The notes beneath the pieces were generated by a model. It was not told the DNA's origin. It saw only the letters and a list, made by a program, of their open reading frames with translations, and made no database searches. From the NCBI GenBank assembly GCA_051870215.1, contig JBJEBQ010000020.1, forward strand, positions 1,449 through 65,448: a DNA stretch of 64,000 nucleotides, given 5' to 3'. The translations under genes were made by a program, and so were the position numbers. This stretch comes from Candidatus Cryptobacteroides sp. (GTDB lineage Bacteria > Bacteroidota > Bacteroidia > Bacteroidales > UBA932). Positions 63,096 to 64,000 of the stretch are shown one piece after another. Each line of letters opens with the position of its first letter. The stretch's first letter is position 1.

Positions 63096-63944
63096 ATGCT
63101 GAAAGACCGGGGACTAATCATTAGAGATGATAATGATGCTTCAGCGCAGTTAAAAATCATGAGTTATTTCCGTCTGGCGAATTACCTCCGTCCGATGGAG
63201 CAGGACAAGACCACTCATATATTCAAGTCCAACAGCCATTTCGATAATGCCGTCAATCTTTATTACTTTGACAAGAAACTGAGGGCGTTGCTGTTCACGG
63301 CCATCCAAAGTTTTGAGATAGCTCTTCGCTCGAAACTCATACACCATTTTTCGATGGCTTACGGTTCTTTTTGGATAATGGACAGAAGTCTATTTACTGA
63401 CAAGAAAATTTTCACTGATTGCTCTATCCGTGTTCAGCAGGAAGTTTTCCGTTCTAAAGAGGATTTTATCCAGGAGCATATTGACAAATACTCTAATCCG
63501 ATAATACCACCTGTTTGGAAAACTTTGGAAGTGGTTTCTTTCGGTACATTGTCAAAGATATTCTGTAACTTGAAGGACACTAAAATCAAGAAGAAAATTG
63601 CGAGGGAATTTAACTTGCCACAGCATGAATATCTTGAGAGTTGGTGTAAATGTGCCGTTGCCCTGCGTAACTGTCTCGCACATCATTCACGCACATGGAA
63701 CAGAAGATACCCTCTGAAACCACAGCTTCCCGGTAAGCTGAAAGGTGACTGGATAAATGCATCCATAACACTGCCCACCAAACTCTACGCCCAGCTTTGC
63801 TGCTTGGCATACTTGCAAAACGCCACCCATCCTGCCAATGATTTCAAGCAGCAATTAAAATCGTTACTGCAAGCTCATCCTAATGTCGATGTGGCAGCGA
63901 TGGGCTTCCCTGCCGGTTGGGAAAATGAACCGCTTTGGAAGTAA
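63096..63944 (+). CDS. Abi_2 (AbiD/AbiF-like) abortive-infection family protein
   Basis: LKDRGLIIRDDNDASAQLKIMSYFRLANYLRP, FDKKLRALLFTAIQSFEIALRS and RNCLAHHSRTWNR are typical Abi_2 blocks. Family-like sequence continues upstream of the first ATG without an in-frame start. Confidence 0.85.
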   Translation: MLKDRGLIIRDDNDASAQLKIMSYFRLANYLRPMEQDKTTHIFKSNSHFDNAVNLYYFDKKLRALLFTAIQSFEIALRSKLIHHFSMAYGSFWIMDRSLFTDKKIFTDCSIRVQQEVFRSKEDFIQEHIDKYSNPIIPPVWKTLEVVSFGTLSKIFCNLKDTKIKKKIAREFNLPQHEYLESWCKCAVALRNCLAHHSRTWNRRYPLKPQLPGKLKGDWINASITLPTKLYAQLCCLAYLQNATHPANDFKQQLKSLLQAHPNVDVAAMGFPAGWENEPLWK

Positions 63945-64000
63945 GGCAATACTTCAAACAGTTTTATTGCTGATTCCAAGCCAATTCTATTGAAGAAAGT

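Noticed and set aside
1-64000. tRNA, rRNA, riboswitch, integrase or transposase genes
   Set aside because: I read through all intergenic spacers longer than 100 nt. None showed tRNA-like T-arm/acceptor patterns, rRNA, or recognisable recombinase ORFs. A covariance-model scan (tRNAscan-SE, Infernal) would be needed to exclude small RNAs.

Overview
This looks like a Bacteroidales chromosome segment. It has a SusC/SusD pair, many lipoproteins with Cys-containing signal peptides, and TAnnTTTG-type -7 boxes. I call about 50 protein genes and saw no rRNA, tRNA, CRISPR array, transposase or integrase. In order, the window holds: a YidE-type transporter, a HAD hydrolase, a cyclophilin and a flippase. 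Next is a low-GC islet with an AAA+ ATPase plus S8 subtilase pair (IetAS-like defence candidate). Then come a UbiA prenyltransferase, pheS, C69 and S46 peptidases, and an IclR-controlled sugar-acid cluster (MFS, SDR, RraA-like, lactonase, enolase-superfamily dehydratase). After that are a degenerate receiver-AraC regulator and a cluster of secreted proteins including a GLUG-repeat beta-helix lipoprotein. A non-canonical PUL follows, with SusC/SusD, BACON proteins, a BNR-EEP fusion and a second EEP enzyme. Then come a TonB receptor operon ending in a Big_2/FISUMP protein, an RND efflux operon and NhaC. The window ends in an AT-rich accessory end with a DUF234 ATPase bracketed by 50-nt direct repeats, a frameshifted DUF3791-DUF3990-DUF3791 triad and an Abi_2 gene without its ancestral start. 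The most unusual sequence-level signal is a ~36-nt multi-ATGAAA cassette. It recurs, up to 36/36 identical, at the 5' ends of unrelated genes, mostly 1-13 nt after the preceding stop codon. All family names come from reading the translations by eye, since no searches were run.
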